A stretch of DNA of 64,000 bases from an uncultured Dehalococcoidia bacterium (lineage in GTDB: Bacteria > Chloroflexota > Dehalococcoidia > SHYB01). Shown piece by piece: positions 54,773-64,000 of this stretch. The notes beneath the pieces are model-generated. The model did no database searches, was not told the DNA's origin, and saw only the letters and a program-made list of their open reading frames with translations. The translations under genes and the position numbers were made by a program. Position 1 is the stretch's first letter. The number at the start of each line of letters is the position of its first letter. Where the stretch lies: positions 10,858 through 74,857 of the forward strand of contig CAZKTO010000004.1 in NCBI GenBank assembly GCA_964555685.1, given 5' to 3'.

Positions 54773-55774
54773 ATGGGACAAGTCCGACACGAGGTCTCTA
54801 TCGAAGGTTCGCACTTCGAAAGGGCGAGCGCTCTCCTGCCGCCGGGTCTGTTTGAGTCCGTCAAGGCAGACGCCCAAAAGGTGATCCCTGCGTTGGCGAA
54901 GGACAAGAAGGTCACGGCCGCCATCGAACAGGTGGTTTGGCAGCTAGGCACTCGCCACGAGCTCTTTCGCGGAGACAGCCGGTCAATGGATGCGGTTCCC
55001 GATGAGAGCATTCACCTCGTGGTCACATCTCCCCCGTATTGGACCCTCAAGAACTACCCATCCCAAGCAGGGCAGTTGGGAGGCATCGATGGCTACGATG
55101 CCTTTCTTGTCGAGCTTGACAAGGCCTGGCGCCATGCCTATCGAGTGCTCGTACCTGGGGGCCGGCTGGTGGTTGTGGTGGGAGACGTTTGCTTGCCGCG
55201 CCGGTCCAACGGCAGGCACGTGGTCTACCCGCTGCACGCGAGCATCCAGGAGCACTGCCGGGCCATCGGCTTCGATAACCTGGGACCCATCATCTGGTAC
55301 AAGATCGCCAACGCGAAGTTTGAAGTTGAAAATGGCTCGCGGTTTCTTGGCAAGCCGTACGAGCCCAACGCGATCATCAAGAACGACATCGAGTACGTCC
55401 TGTTCCAGAGGAAACCAGGCAACTATCGTCAACCCAGCCTGCTTCAGCGCGTCCTATCGGTAATACCAGAGGACTGTCACCGGGAGTGGTTCCAACAAGT
55501 GTGGAACCTCGGTGGCGCATCCACCAGGCATCACCCCGCCCCCTTTCCATTGGCCCTTGCCGAACGCCTCATCCGCATGTTCTCCTTTGCGGGGGATACC
55601 GTTCTTGACCCGTTCATGGGAACGGGTACGACCAATCTCGCGGCTGCCCGCTGGGGGCGCAACAGCACCGGCTTCGAGATCAATGAAACGTATCTTGAGA
55701 TGGCACGTCGGCGCCTAGCCCACGCCAAGAGCCACCAATCGCGAATGACGGACCTTGTGTCCGAGGGTCAATGA
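54773..55774 (+). CDS. Beta-class amino DNA methyltransferase (N4-C/N6-A family; the SPPY motif suggests N4-cytosine)
   Basis: Motif IV (LVVTSPPYW) lies N-terminal to motif I (VLDPFMGTGTTNLAAARWGRNSTGFEIN). The stop overlaps the next ORF's ATG (ATGA). Confidence 0.85.
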   Translation: MGQVRHEVSIEGSHFERASALLPPGLFESVKADAQKVIPALAKDKKVTAAIEQVVWQLGTRHELFRGDSRSMDAVPDESIHLVVTSPPYWTLKNYPSQAGQLGGIDGYDAFLVELDKAWRHAYRVLVPGGRLVVVVGDVCLPRRSNGRHVVYPLHASIQEHCRAIGFDNLGPIIWYKIANAKFEVENGSRFLGKPYEPNAIIKNDIEYVLFQRKPGNYRQPSLLQRVLSVIPEDCHREWFQQVWNLGGASTRHHPAPFPLALAERLIRMFSFAGDTVLDPFMGTGTTNLAAARWGRNSTGFEINETYLEMARRRLAHAKSHQSRMTDLVSEGQ

Positions 55775-56500
55775 TGGCGGCCGGCCGGTCATCGCCGGTG
55801 TTCTCGGAAGCAGTCAGGGCGTTCTGGAAGACGAGGACTCTCCAGGCAGCCGGCCAGCGACAGCGCGGCAAGTCCGATCAAGGGGCTCGCGGTGCGGTGA
55901 CGGGCGGCCGACAGATGGACGGCTTTGCGAGAACCTTGTCCGAGGCCCTGCTCTCCGCTGGCGTGGGAAGCGGCGACATACACCGTCGCCGAAGGGTGGA
56001 GATCCCAGGGTATTACCGGCCCACAAAGCAGTGGGATTTGCTGGTCGTGGTCAAGGGAGCGCTCTTGGCGGCCATCGAGCTCAAGTCTCAGGTTGGCCCC
56101 TCCTTTGGCAATAACTTCAACAACCGCACCGAAGAGGCAATGGGGAGCGCCCTGGACACCTGGACCGCCTATCGTGAGGGTGCCTTCAGCGCCGCGCCTG
56201 CCCCATGGCTTGGCTACCTTCTTCATCTTGGAGAACTGTCCTCAATCGCGGACCTCAGTGAGAGTGCAAGAGCCACACTTTCGCGTGTTCCCGGAGTTTC
56301 GGGAAGCGTCTTACGCCAAGCGATACGAAGTCTTCTGCCGCAAACTGGTCCGAGAACGTCAATACAGCGCGGCGTGCTTCCTCATGGCGGACCGGCGTAA
56401 GGCAACCCACGAGCCCAACTACAGTGAACCAGCCAGAGACTTGTCGGCGGCGGTCTTCCTGAAGGAACTGCTCGCATCTGTCCGTGCTCGTGTTGGGTGA
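55771..56500 (+). pseudogene. PaeR7I/XhoI-like type II restriction endonuclease gene disrupted by a +1 frameshift near 56217..56224
   Basis: The frame of 55771 gives ...YYRPTKQWDLLVVVKGALLAAIELKSQVGPSFGNNFNNRTEEAMGSALDTWTAYREGAF...PWLGYL. The conserved continuation FILENCPQS...PHFRVFPEFREASYAKRYEVFCRKLVRERQYSAACFL is in the 55925 ORF frame. The family assignment is from memory. Confidence 0.7.
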
Positions 56501-56717
56501 CGGCTTTCCGGTTCTCTGAGTCTCAGCCCCCGCCTCCCGCCCGTTGACGTAATCACAACCCCGGCGTATAGTTTCCCTCCAAAGACGGGACACCCGCACC
56601 CTGCCCATGACGTAGGGGCCCGTGAGTACCCAGCGGGTCTCCCCCGGCGCCGCGACGGGCCCCCGTCCTCGGTGGTCCGCCCTCCGCCCAAGCGGCCCGT
56701 CCCGCACAGGAGGAAGA

Positions 56718-57863
56718 ATGGAGCGGCCCCAGTTCAAACCCCTTCGCCGGGCCTACGGTTTCGACGAGGTCTCCATCGTCCCCAGCGACGTCACCATCAA
56801 CCCTGACCAGACCAGTACCGAGCTTGCCATCGGCCCGCACACGATCAGGATCCCCGTCCTGGCCGCCGCTCTCGATGCCCTCGTCTCCCCCCAGACCGCC
56901 GTCCTCATGACCCAGTTGGGGGGCCTCGCCGTCATGAATATCGAGGGGCTCCAGGGCCGCTACGAGCGCCCCGACGAGGTCCTCCAGGAGATCGCCAGCG
57001 TCCCCCAGGCCCAGGCCACGGCCCTGCTCCAGAAGGTCTACTCCGCGCCCATCCAGGAGAGATACGTCGGCGAGCGCGTCCGTGAGGTGAAGCGCGGCGG
57101 CGGCCTCTGCGCCATCTCCATGACCCCCGCCAACACCAAGCGCCTGGCCCCAGCGGCCGTCGAGGCCGGCGCCGACATCGTCGTCATTCAGTCCACCGTC
57201 ACCACGGCCCGCCACATCTCCAAGAGCCCTCGGGGCCTCAGCATCTCCGAGCTCATCCGGCAGCTCAAGGTCCCCGTCATGGTCGGCAACGCCGTGAGCT
57301 TCAGCTCCGCCCTCGAGCTCATGGAGACCGGCGTTGACGGTCTCCTCGTCGGCGTCGGCCCCGGCGCCATCTGCACCACCCGCGAGGTCATCGGCGTCGG
57401 CGTCCCCCAGGTGACGGCCACGCTGGACTGCGCCGCCGCACGCCAGGAGTACTACCGGCACACCGGCCGCTACGTCCCCATCATCACCGATGGCGGCATC
57501 CGTACCGGCGGCGACCTGTGCAAGGCCATCGCCAGCGGGGCCGATGGCGTGATGCTGGGCTCCCAGCTCGCCACCTGCGCCGAGGCGCCGGGCCGCGGCT
57601 TCAGCTGGGGCATGGCCAGCCCCCACATGGACCTGCCGAGAGGCACCCGCATCAAGGTCGGCTCCAGGGGCCCGCTCAAGAAGATCCTCTTCGGTCCCGC
57701 CTCCGTCTCCGATGGCACCGAGAACTACGTGGGCGCCCTCAAGACCTGCATGGGCTACTGCGGCGCCCCCACCATCCGCGACCTCCAGCGCTGCGAGCTG
57801 ATCATCGCCCCCGCCATCCGCACCGAGGGCAAGTATCTCCAGCTCACCCAGAACCTGAACTAG
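56718..57863 (+). CDS. GuaB3-type IMP-dehydrogenase-related protein (no CBS insert)
   Basis: YGFDEVSIVPSD..., ...GVGPGAICTTREV.GVGVPQ..., ...IITDGGIRTGGDLCKAIASGADGVMLGS. AGGAGG lies upstream of ATG 56718. Confidence 0.85.
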   Translation: MERPQFKPLRRAYGFDEVSIVPSDVTINPDQTSTELAIGPHTIRIPVLAAALDALVSPQTAVLMTQLGGLAVMNIEGLQGRYERPDEVLQEIASVPQAQATALLQKVYSAPIQERYVGERVREVKRGGGLCAISMTPANTKRLAPAAVEAGADIVVIQSTVTTARHISKSPRGLSISELIRQLKVPVMVGNAVSFSSALELMETGVDGLLVGVGPGAICTTREVIGVGVPQVTATLDCAAARQEYYRHTGRYVPIITDGGIRTGGDLCKAIASGADGVMLGSQLATCAEAPGRGFSWGMASPHMDLPRGTRIKVGSRGPLKKILFGPASVSDGTENYVGALKTCMGYCGAPTIRDLQRCELIIAPAIRTEGKYLQLTQNLN

Positions 57864-57974
57864 GGACGGGGGACCAGGAGCCGCCACCTCATTTCTTGGC
57901 TGTCCATCCCCAGTCCCAAGCTCCGAGACCCTACTGAGGCGTGCATTGTGCGCTAAACCAGCCCTGTTTCATCT

Positions 57975-58059
57975 TCTCTCTCCCCTGGCGGGAGAGAGCC
58001 AGAGAGAGGGGGATCACCCTCTCCCTAGCCCTCTCCCGTCGAGGGAGAGGGAGTTTAGT
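57975..58059 (+). repeat. Type-B double-hairpin repeat (CTCTCCCCtggcGGGAGAG ... CCCTCTCCCgtcgaGGGAGAGGGAGTTTAG)
   Basis: Second copy in the same orientation at 60381..60469. Confidence 0.75.
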
Positions 58060-58120
58060 GGTCAGCGCACTCCTCTGTAATTCCTGGTCCATCCCCAGTC
58101 CCTGCTCCAGGAGGCCCGGC

Positions 58121-58903
58121 GTGGACTACCAGACTATCAAGTACGAGAGTGTCGGCGACCACATCGTCCTCGTCACGCTGAACCGCCCCGAGCGCGCCAA
58201 CGCCCTCAACCGCACCCTCTTCGAGGAGCTGGACGACGCGACCAGGAAGATCGAGCGGGACAAGGACGTCCACGTCTGGATGCTGACGGGCGCCCCCCGG
58301 CCCGACGGCCGGCCCTGGTTCACCGCCGGCGCCGACCTCAAGGCCCACGGCGAGGTTGGGCCCACGCCCCACTGGCTCGCGAACGAGGTCCTCAACCGCA
58401 TCGACTCCATGCCCAAGCCCTCCATCGCCGTCATCGATGGCTTCTGCACCACCGGCGGCATGGAGCTCATCCTCAGCCTCGACCTTCGCGTCGCCTCCGA
58501 GACGGCCCAGTTCTGCGATTGGCACCTCAAGAACACCGGCGCCGGCATCGGCGGCTGGGGCGCCGCCACCCGCCTCTCCCGCCTCGTCGGCCTCGACAAG
58601 GCCAAGGAGCTCCTCCTCACCGGCATCGTTATCGATGGGAAAGAGGCCCACCGCATCGGCCTGGTCAACCGTGTCTTCCCGCCGGCCAAGCTCATGGAGG
58701 GCGCCCTGGAGATGGGCAAGACCGTCGCCGGGATGCGGCCCGATGGCGTCCGCCTCACCATGGGCTTCCTTGAGTCGCAGCGCGATATGGACCTCCACGA
58801 GGCGCTCCACTGGGCCGATACGGTCGACGGCTACATGGGCATCAACCGCCGCTTCACCGACATGACGCAGCGCTTCGAAGAGCGCCAGAAGGCCAAGCCG
58901 TAG
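58121..58903 (+). CDS. Enoyl-CoA hydratase/isomerase (crotonase family)
   Basis: IVLVTLNRPERANAL..., IAVIDGFCTTGG. GTG 58121 is preceded by CAGGAGG. The upstream part of the track ORF is repeat translation. Confidence 0.85.
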   Translation: MDYQTIKYESVGDHIVLVTLNRPERANALNRTLFEELDDATRKIERDKDVHVWMLTGAPRPDGRPWFTAGADLKAHGEVGPTPHWLANEVLNRIDSMPKPSIAVIDGFCTTGGMELILSLDLRVASETAQFCDWHLKNTGAGIGGWGAATRLSRLVGLDKAKELLLTGIVIDGKEAHRIGLVNRVFPPAKLMEGALEMGKTVAGMRPDGVRLTMGFLESQRDMDLHEALHWADTVDGYMGINRRFTDMTQRFEERQKAKP

Positions 58904-58982
58904 CGCCCGCCCGCCGTAGGCGGGTGCTGGGACTGCAGGGGCGGCCGGCGCTCACGTCTCAGGCGATGCAAGCGATCCTCCC

Positions 58983-59942
58983 ATGACGACCCCCCGCGTC
59001 CACATCGCCGGCTCCCTGGCCTACGACCGCATCATGGACTTCCCCGGCCGCTTCGCTGACCACATCCTGCCGGACAAGGTCCACATGCTGAACGTCAGCT
59101 TCACCGTGAACGGCATGGTCGAGCGCCCCGGTGGAACGGCGGGCAACATCGCCTACGCCCTGGCGCTCCTGGGCGAGCGGCCCGTCATCATGGCCACCAT
59201 CGGCCACGACCACCAGCGCTACTTCCAGTGGCTCGATAGCTGCGGCATCTCCACGGAAGGCATCCGCGTTATCGAGGACGAGTTCACCGCCTGCGCCCAC
59301 ATCACCACCGACCTCTCGGACAACCAGATCACCGGCTTCAACCCCGGCGCCATGAAGCGTACTTCCGACTACGACCTCTCTCATGTGCCCGCCTCCGGGA
59401 CCGTCGTCGTCATCGCTGCCGGCAACGTCGAGGACATGACGTGCTACCGGGACGTCTGCCGCCAGCGTGGCATCGACTACATCTTCGACCCTGGCCAGTC
59501 GCTCCCCATCTGGGAGCCCAAGGCCCTCGCCCGGGCCATCGAGGGCGCCCGCGTGCTCATCTCCAACGACTACGAGCTGGAGATGATCATGAGCCGCACC
59601 GGCCTGACGAAGGGCGACCTCCTGGCCCGCACCGGCGCCGTCATCACGACCAGGGGCGAGCACGGGTCTGTCGTCTCTACTCGTGACGGCGAGGTCCACG
59701 TCCCGGCCGTCAAGCTGGCGCGGCCGCCCATCGATCCCACGGGCGCCGGCGACGCCTATCGGGGTGGGCTGGTCAAGGCTCTCGTCACTGGCAAAGGCCT
59801 CATCGAGGGCGCGAGGATGGGGTCCGTCTGCGGCTCCTTTGCCGTCGAGCGCCAGGGGACGCAAACGTACACCTTCACCCCCGCCGAGTTCGAGGCACGC
59901 TACCGCGCGACGTATGGGTACGCGCCCGCCAAGCTGGCGTAG
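58983..59942 (+). CDS. PfkB-family carbohydrate/nucleoside kinase
   Basis: ...PGGTAGNIAYALALLG..., C-terminal DPTGAGDAYRGG signature. Confidence 0.85.
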   Translation: MTTPRVHIAGSLAYDRIMDFPGRFADHILPDKVHMLNVSFTVNGMVERPGGTAGNIAYALALLGERPVIMATIGHDHQRYFQWLDSCGISTEGIRVIEDEFTACAHITTDLSDNQITGFNPGAMKRTSDYDLSHVPASGTVVVIAAGNVEDMTCYRDVCRQRGIDYIFDPGQSLPIWEPKALARAIEGARVLISNDYELEMIMSRTGLTKGDLLARTGAVITTRGEHGSVVSTRDGEVHVPAVKLARPPIDPTGAGDAYRGGLVKALVTGKGLIEGARMGSVCGSFAVERQGTQTYTFTPAEFEARYRATYGYAPAKLA

Positions 59943-59976
59943 CTGGCCCCGCGACGACGGCGCCGACCTTCGCCGC

Positions 59977-60303
59977 TCAGAGCCCCACGGATAGGCCCGA
60001 GGCGTCCCGCCTGAGCTCGCGCACCTCCACGATGGCGTCCGTGTTCAGGGGCCCGTAGATGTGCGGGAACGGCTCGGCGTCGCCCGCCTCCTCCTCGCGG
60101 ATCTCCGCCCGCACCCGCGCCCGCGCGATGCACAGGACCGCCACCCGCTCATGCTGGCGAAAGAGGCGGTTCGCCACCCGCAGCGCCTGGGCGGCGCTCC
60201 CCGCCGCGTGGATGAACCCCTGTTGTTCGAGGCTCGGCGGCCGGTACTCCGCCTGCGCCAGTACGCCCGGGGCCTCCGCCGCGGGAAGCAGGTGAAAGAT
60301 CAA
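59977..60303 (-). CDS. DUF952-family protein
   Basis: MIFHLLPAAE...PPSLEQQGFIHAAG..Q......RLF.....VAVLCI......AEIREE.......FPHIYGPLN. Confidence 0.75.
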   Translation of the reverse strand: MIFHLLPAAEAPGVLAQAEYRPPSLEQQGFIHAAGSAAQALRVANRLFRQHERVAVLCIARARVRAEIREEEAGDAEPFPHIYGPLNTDAIVEVRELRRDASGLSVGL

Positions 60304-60380
60304 GGATGCACTGCATTCCTCAATGACCAGCAGGGGCCTTGCCCAAAAAGTGGTGGCGCTAAGCCCGGACCCTCACACCT

Positions 60381-60469
60381 CCTCTCCGCTGGCGGGAGAG
60401 GACAAGAGGAGAGGGGGAATTGGCCACCCTCTCCCCAACCCTCTCCCGTCGAGGGAGAGGGAGTTTTGA
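60381..60469 (+). repeat. Type-B double-hairpin repeat, copy 2
   Basis: CCTCTCCGctggcGGGAGAGG...CACCCTCTCCCCAACCCTCTCCCgtcgaGGGAGAGGGAGTTTTGAG. Confidence 0.75.
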
Positions 60470-60542
60470 GGCAAAGCCGACCAGCAGGTAAGAGGGCGGG
60501 CCTCACAGCGCCGGCAGGCGCCTGAACGTTGTGCCGATCACC

Positions 60543-61061
60543 CTACAGATTCTCGCGCAGGTACCGCCCGCGATAGCCCTCGCTGGCCTCTCGCTCCAGC
60601 CGGAAGAAGACGAGCTGGAGCACCCGCGCGTTCCGCTCCAGCACGAACCCCTGTGGGTTGTAGACGACCATCAGGCTCTCGGACCGGCCCGAGTAGCCCG
60701 CGTCCCACACCGCCGTGTGGAGGGCCACGCCGCACCGCAGCAGGCTCGAGCGGGTACGCCCCATCGCCGCGAGATCGAGCGGCAGGTGCACCACCTCGTT
60801 CATGGTGATGAGGTAGGCGCCGGGCGAGAGGTGCGCCCGGCCCGCCTCGTCGAACGGGACCGGCTCCCGCTCCGAGAGGCGGCGGGCCTCGTTGGAGAAG
60901 CCGGCGGCCCCGGGCGAGGTCAGGCGGGCCGCCTCTCGCGCCGTGAGGTCGATCCCGTTGGGCTGGAGCTGGGTCTCGGCGTCCAGCAGCCCCTCGACGA
61001 GCGGCGGCGTACCCCGCATGCGTTCAAGGATGGACTGTCGGTCGAGGAGCGCGCCGGCCAT
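60543..61061 (-). CDS. dCTP deaminase/dUTPase-superfamily protein
   Basis: LQPNGIDLT..., ...TAVWDAGYSGRSESLMVVYNP.GFVLERNARVLQLVF. ATG 61061 chosen. Confidence 0.7.
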   Translation of the reverse strand: MAGALLDRQSILERMRGTPPLVEGLLDAETQLQPNGIDLTAREAARLTSPGAAGFSNEARRLSEREPVPFDEAGRAHLSPGAYLITMNEVVHLPLDLAAMGRTRSSLLRCGVALHTAVWDAGYSGRSESLMVVYNPQGFVLERNARVLQLVFFRLEREASEGYRGRYLRENL

Positions 61062-61311
61062 GGGCCCTCCACGGCGTCGCACGGTGCGCCTACTATAGCA
61101 GCCCAAGGTGTCGCCTGCGCGCAATAGGGGCGCACCCCCTACAGGATGACAGGGGGCGGCGGACACCCGGCTGCGCACCAGCCTCCGGTGGGCCCGCCTG
61201 CGGCGGGCCCACCTACACGTGATACGTTGCCCGTTGCGACGCCCTGCCCTTCTTGTCGGCGCTGCCGGCTGGTACAATCACGCCGTTCCAGCCTGTCGCG
61301 GAGGTGATCCT

Positions 61312-62130
61312 GTGCTGACCAAAGACCAGCTCACTGTGCCCACGGTCAAGGAGATGTTCGATCTCGCCCGGCGCATCCACAAGGGCGAGGGCATGTCCTA
61401 CTGGATCGAGCCCGAGACCGTCCCGTCCAAGGAGTACCGCGACCGCATCGCCGCTATCCTCCTGCGGCACGGCCTCCTGGAGAGCTCCGGCGGGCCCGCC
61501 TTCTTCAATCTCATCCGCTACGCTCCCCATCCCCGCGTCGGCGAGGCCCTCTGCGACATCGCTCTCGACGAGGTCCGGCACGGCCGCATGCTCCTGGAGT
61601 GCCTGGACCCCTTCGGCGTCGAGTACCGGGCCGCCTTCCGCGAGATGGTCGCCGCCGACTACCGTGCGCGCATGCACCGGGTCGGCATGTCCACCGCCCG
61701 CGGCGAGCCGTCCAGCTGGGCCGACGTCCTCGCCTTCACCATGCTCATCGATCCCGCCGGCATCCTCATCGTCGGCATGCGGCTCCTCAGCAACTACGGT
61801 CCCCTGGCCCGCGCCAGCGCCCGCACGCTGCTCGACGAGGAGGGGCACGCAGCCTTCTGGGAGCGCTGGGGCCAGGACCATCTCGCCAGCGCCGCCGGGC
61901 GTGCCGAGGTCCAGGCCTCCGTCGACCGTTTCATGGCCACCTCCCTTGGCACCCTCGGCCGGCCCAAGGCCGTCAACGCCAACTTCGCTCGTGAGCAGGA
62001 GCTGGGCATCTGGAAGATCGACCCCGGCGAGCTCCAGCCCGTGCTCAAAGCGATGCTCCAGCGCTCCATCGAGCCGCTGGGCCTGCGCGTGCCGGAGGTC
62101 GCCCCGGACTACGGGGCGGCGTTCTGGTAG
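61312..62130 (+). CDS. Ferritin-like diiron protein resembling PaaA/PaaC-type (phenylacetyl-CoA epoxidase subunit) proteins
   Basis: DEVRHGRML and DEEGHAAFW helices. GTG 61312 is preceded by GGAGGTG. Confidence 0.6.
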   Translation: MLTKDQLTVPTVKEMFDLARRIHKGEGMSYWIEPETVPSKEYRDRIAAILLRHGLLESSGGPAFFNLIRYAPHPRVGEALCDIALDEVRHGRMLLECLDPFGVEYRAAFREMVAADYRARMHRVGMSTARGEPSSWADVLAFTMLIDPAGILIVGMRLLSNYGPLARASARTLLDEEGHAAFWERWGQDHLASAAGRAEVQASVDRFMATSLGTLGRPKAVNANFAREQELGIWKIDPGELQPVLKAMLQRSIEPLGLRVPEVAPDYGAAFW

Positions 62131-62311
62131 CTTGCGGCTGTCTCAACTGTCATAAAAGAGGCCGCTGGATACCCGCCCCGACGCATCGGGGCGGGCGGAA
62201 AGCGGCTCCCCGCCGAAGGCGGGGGCTCCGGAAGGGTTTGCCTTGGTGGCACGGTACACAACACGGCGGACGTTACTCCCCTGGCGATCTCTTGGATTTT
62301 GGGCTGGCAAG

Positions 62312-62464
62312 GCCCTAACCCCCTGGCCCCCTTCCCTAAAGAGGAAGGGGGTATCGTCCCTCTCCTCGCAGGAGAGGGACAGGAGGGAGAGGGCCGCATG
62401 GCTCGTGCCGCAATCGCGATTATTGAGGCACCCAGAAGCCCCGCAGCTTGCTGCGGGGTGCTTC
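62312..62464 (-). repeat. Composite repeat (type-A element 62312..62394 in reverse orientation plus the GAAGCCCCGCAGCTTGCTGCGGGG..CTTC hairpin); inverted copy of 7322..7473
   Basis: The reverse complement of 7322..7473 aligns along the whole length with only scattered mismatches in the spacer. Confidence 0.85.
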
Positions 62465-62768
62465 ACTCTGAGCCCCGACGTGTCGGGGCGAAGAATCTGG
62501 GAGTGGGGTGGGGTTCTCACTCCCCTCTGCTCTGGAAGGGCCCCGCCCCAGATGCTTCGTCGAGGACTCCTCAGCATGACAGGGGCCAGCGGGCTCGTTG
62601 ACCGCACTGGTGTATGAATTAGGCCCTCTTGACAATTCTCCGGCGTTGTTGCAAACTTGATTTGAGACTAGTTCAAAACCGGGTCTGCATTCCGCGTACG
62701 GAGCGGCGCCAGCGACTCTCTCGGGTCCGCGGCGCCTGCGGGATGCGGCACCCACGGAGGAGGATCGC

Positions 62769-63152
62769 ATGGCTCGGATCCCGCACGTCAATGAGGCCTC
62801 CCGCCAGCTCGATCTCACGCTGGCGCGTATCCCTGTGCTCCTGGGCAACTGGACCGGGAGCATCGTCCGCGTCCCGCTCATCGGCATCCAGCTGGCCACC
62901 CACCTCCTCACGGTCCCGCTGCTGGGCATGCAGGTGATGACGGGCATCATCGGCCAGATGGTCACCCGGCTCGACGCCGTCGTCGAGGCGCAGTCGGGCG
63001 GGCGCGACGCCTACGGGCGCGAGCAGGACACGGGCGACTACGCCCGCCGCCTGGGCGACATGCTGGGCGGCGAGGAGCCGGCCCCGCAGCCACGGCGGCC
63101 CGAGGTGACCTCGGCTCGCGCTCCTCGCGCTGCGGCTGGCGAGGCTCGGTAG
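62769..63152 (+). CDS. Hypothetical protein (127 aa)
   Basis: The ORF alone. The N-terminal two thirds look protein-like (hydrophobic helix IPVLLGNW...LLTVPLLGMQVMTGIIG), and the C-terminus is low complexity. Confidence 0.4.
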   Translation: MARIPHVNEASRQLDLTLARIPVLLGNWTGSIVRVPLIGIQLATHLLTVPLLGMQVMTGIIGQMVTRLDAVVEAQSGGRDAYGREQDTGDYARRLGDMLGGEEPAPQPRRPEVTSARAPRAAAGEAR

Positions 63153-63347
63153 CACAGACCTTAGACGGCGGCGGGCGTCACGCCAACCCGGAGCGCCCGC
63201 CCCAACGAGATCGGACCGGCCTGGCCGCTGCCCCGCCGCAGGCGGGCGGCCCTCCGCCTCCACCACGGGCGGGCCGGTAGAGCGCCGCGACCGCGAAGCG
63301 ACCCTTCGCCCTCGCGGCGCTGCCTTTGGGGGAGCGGAGGCCCGGGC

Positions 63348-64000
63348 CTAGGCCGGCCCCTCGGCGTCGCGGACGGCCCGCACGAAGGCGCGGATGAGGG
63401 CCGGGTCCTTCGCGCCGTCCCGCTCGACGCCGCTGGAGACGTCCACGCCCCAGGGATGGACGAGGCCGACGGCCTCGCCCACGTTCGCGGGGGTCAGGCC
63501 GCCCGCCAGGAGCAGGTCGAACTCCCGGGCTAGCGCCTGCGCCGTCGTCCAATCGAACGTCGCGCCGGACCCGCCGTAGCGCCCGCCGAGCTTCGTGTCG
63601 AGCAGGGGCAGGGCGCCGCGCTCCCGCAGCCGCGCGAGCGTCGCCCGCGCGCCGGGCACGGACACCTCCGGAGGCTGGTGCGCGGGAACGTGGACGGCCT
63701 TGATCGCCGGCCTTCGGACCAGCGCCAGGTCGTCCTCCGGCTCGTCGCCGCTGAGCTGGACATAATCGAGATCGAGCGCCTCGGCCGTCCGGTTGATCTC
63801 GCCGGGCGCGGCGTTGGCGAAGACGCCCACGAGCTTCGGGGCGCGGGGACCGAGCCGCCGCACCGCCTCGACGATGGGCCGCGCCCGGTCGATGGTGAGC
63901 CGGCGTGAGCTCTCGGCGAAGACGAGGCCGATGAAGCTGGCCCCGGCCTCCGCGGCGGCGAGGGCGTGGGCCGGCTGCGTCACTCCGCATATCTTGATCT
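63348..64000 (-). CDS. trpF: Phosphoribosylanthranilate isomerase TrpF, with the N-terminus running off the right edge
   Basis: The last in-window codons read ...IKICGVTQPAHALAAAEAGASFIGLVFA (the classic KICG.T start of TrpF), then ...VQLSGDE..., ...LLAGGLTPANV..., ...GVDVSSGVE. Confidence 0.85.
   Translation of the reverse strand, partial: IKICGVTQPAHALAAAEAGASFIGLVFAESSRRLTIDRARPIVEAVRRLGPRAPKLVGVFANAAPGEINRTAEALDLDYVQLSGDEPEDDLALVRRPAIKAVHVPAHQPPEVSVPGARATLARLRERGALPLLDTKLGGRYGGSGATFDWTTAQALAREFDLLLAGGLTPANVGEAVGLVHPWGVDVSSGVERDGAKDPALIRAFVRAVRDAEGPA

Noticed and set aside
55925-56500. The 191-aa ORF as an independent gene.
   Set aside because: Its N-terminal half is junk in this frame. 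Only the C-terminal ~95 aa look protein-like, and they continue the endonuclease ORF from the neighbouring frame, so it is treated as part of a frameshifted pseudogene.
62130-62768. A hidden protein gene or structured RNA in the 640-bp gap after the PaaA-like gene.
   Set aside because: The gap is fully accounted for by stacked repeats: a CCCGCCCCGAcgcaTCGGGGCGGG hairpin, a reverse type-A composite, and a GAAGAATCTGGG…CCCCAGATGCTTC hairpin unit related to the MITEs. The ORFs there (62143..62607, 62243..62617) are translations of those repeats.

Overview
This is a high-G+C bacterial chromosomal window. G+C was judged by eye, and no taxonomy can be proven from the sequence. About 65 protein genes are supportable. 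I found no rRNA, tRNA or CRISPR. Content from left to right: (1) Housekeeping genes: rsmG, an SbcC/Rad50-type ATPase, the methylmalonyl-CoA-mutase catalytic subunit, an archaeal-type FBP aldolase/phosphatase, moaA, rdgB, and an RNase HI-MoaC fusion. (2) A copper module: csoR, a P1B-ATPase with a YHS/TRASH head, a His-rich membrane peptide, and a 56-aa YHS ORF missing from the ORF track. (3) From about 15 to 50 kb, a very large and highly paralogous acyl-CoA catabolic supercluster. It has 5 family-III CoA-transferase genes (one a covalent tandem), 2 thiolase-like genes, 2 DUF35, 2 double-hotdog MaoC hydratases, 3 acyl-CoA dehydrogenases, crotonases, 5 SDRs, a BKACE enzyme and an amidohydrolase. 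(4) ttuA/ttuB-like tRNA thiolation genes, a radical-SAM gene, two ferritin-like diiron proteins, recA, a small R-M cassette whose endonuclease is frameshifted, guaB3, pfkB, a dCTP-deaminase-like gene and trpF (partial). The most unusual property is the repeat load. Nearly every intergenic gap carries one of several hairpin repeat families. The main family is an ~85-nt bipartite element with a strong strand-polarity bias. It is bracketed in places by 25-50-bp duplications of gene ends, sits in frame inside one CDS, supplies stop codons, and appears to have fused two genes. Visibly AT-richer selfish or nuclease-type genes (GIY-YIG, DUF559, PLD-nuclease, HicAB, two orphan membrane proteins) sit between the catabolic genes, several of them next to these repeats. 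Most of the long antisense or out-of-frame ORFs in the track are high-GC artefacts.
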